Of a stretch of 64,000 bases of DNA, positions 63,179 through 64,000 are shown one piece after another (the stretch's first letter is position 1; each line of letters begins with the position of its first letter). The notes beneath the pieces were generated by a model that saw nothing but the letters and a program-made list of their open reading frames with translations, was not told the DNA's origin and made no database searches. The stretch comes from Mobula hypostoma (Eukaryota), in NCBI RefSeq assembly GCF_963921235.1, contig NC_086097.1, positions 59,894,001-59,958,000 of the forward strand, in the 5' to 3' direction. The translations under genes and the position numbers were made by a program.

Positions 63179-64000
63179 ACCAAATATCATTCAGCTTTCC
63201 TCACCATATGACCAGTAGTCAACGTTCATTCTAGAACATTGTAACTCTTCTTTCTATTCCAGTTGTGCATAATGAAGACACAGGCAGCTATTTTAGCATT
63301 GCCAGGGTGAACACACAAGTCCACTTTAACAATAATATAATATTTAACAGTCACTTGGTGACCTTAATGTTAAAAGAAATGGTTAACTGTTCCTTATTCT
63401 ATCCTTATTCCCGGTCACAAACATATGATCTTGCATATCTTCATGCTTTCCACAGGTTAGGTATAGCTTCCGTCCATTCTAGTTCTGTATGCTCTGATGT
63501 TGTCAATGAGTGGTGTGCATCATTTGCACACCCTATCACAGGTGAGGCAGGTGAGAGGCCTCGACTTGGCCCCCACATGTTCACATTGTAGACAGTTGAG
63601 GTCTATTAAGGATTCAGGGCTGTGTGTTCTGTCTCCATCCTGAGCAACCACTAGCAAAATATTTGCATTGGGTGGTGGGGATATTACATATTTTATTTAG
63701 AAAGCCATTGAGAACATCCTTGAAGTGTTCCTCTCTTATTCTGGAAATCTCTTTAAGTAACAAAATGAAAGTAGTGCTTTTGTTTTGGGTGTCTGCTATC
63801 AGGAAAAAGGATAATATAGATTACCCAATGAAATCGGTTAAAAACTTTCAACTAATATGATAAGGTAGACTGTTACTTAAGTGATAATTTTCAGCCACTG
63901 GGAATATTTCTCAAGAATAGGGAAACCTGGTGAAGTTTATTCTTTATTCTCTTTCAGTTGATTGCATAGCTAATCCTCTATTTTCCTACCACTAAGTTGA

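Overview
Vertebrate nuclear DNA that is intronic or intergenic and dense in transposable elements. The repeat mix points to a cartilaginous fish, probably a ray (inference): CR1 LINEs with an esterase ORF1, Rex1/Babar LINEs, a V-SINE, and hammerhead-bearing Penelope pseudo-LTRs. I could not support any host protein-coding exon; every long ORF is TE-derived. Main content: (i) about 15 CR1 and Rex1/Babar LINE copies; (ii) a non-autonomous Helitron with STPR-type repeats (1871-4835), split by a young CR1; (iii) an old, internally deleted Gypsy element (21782-34483, 5-bp TSD GACTG) hosting nested CR1, RTE, Tc1, solo-LTR, SINE and Penelope insertions; (iv) a full-length RTE LINE whose 5' end folds into an HDV-like ribozyme with an extra hairpin in L3; (v) young Penelope-derived mini-insertions of 97-277 bp, two of them near-perfect palindromes, carrying minimal type I hammerhead ribozymes and 11-13 bp TSDs; (vi) a 3.56-kb TIR DNA transposon with a deleted, apparently spliced transposase; (vii) two related solo LTRs and several local duplications. 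All folds and alignments were done by eye, and boundaries of degraded elements are approximate.
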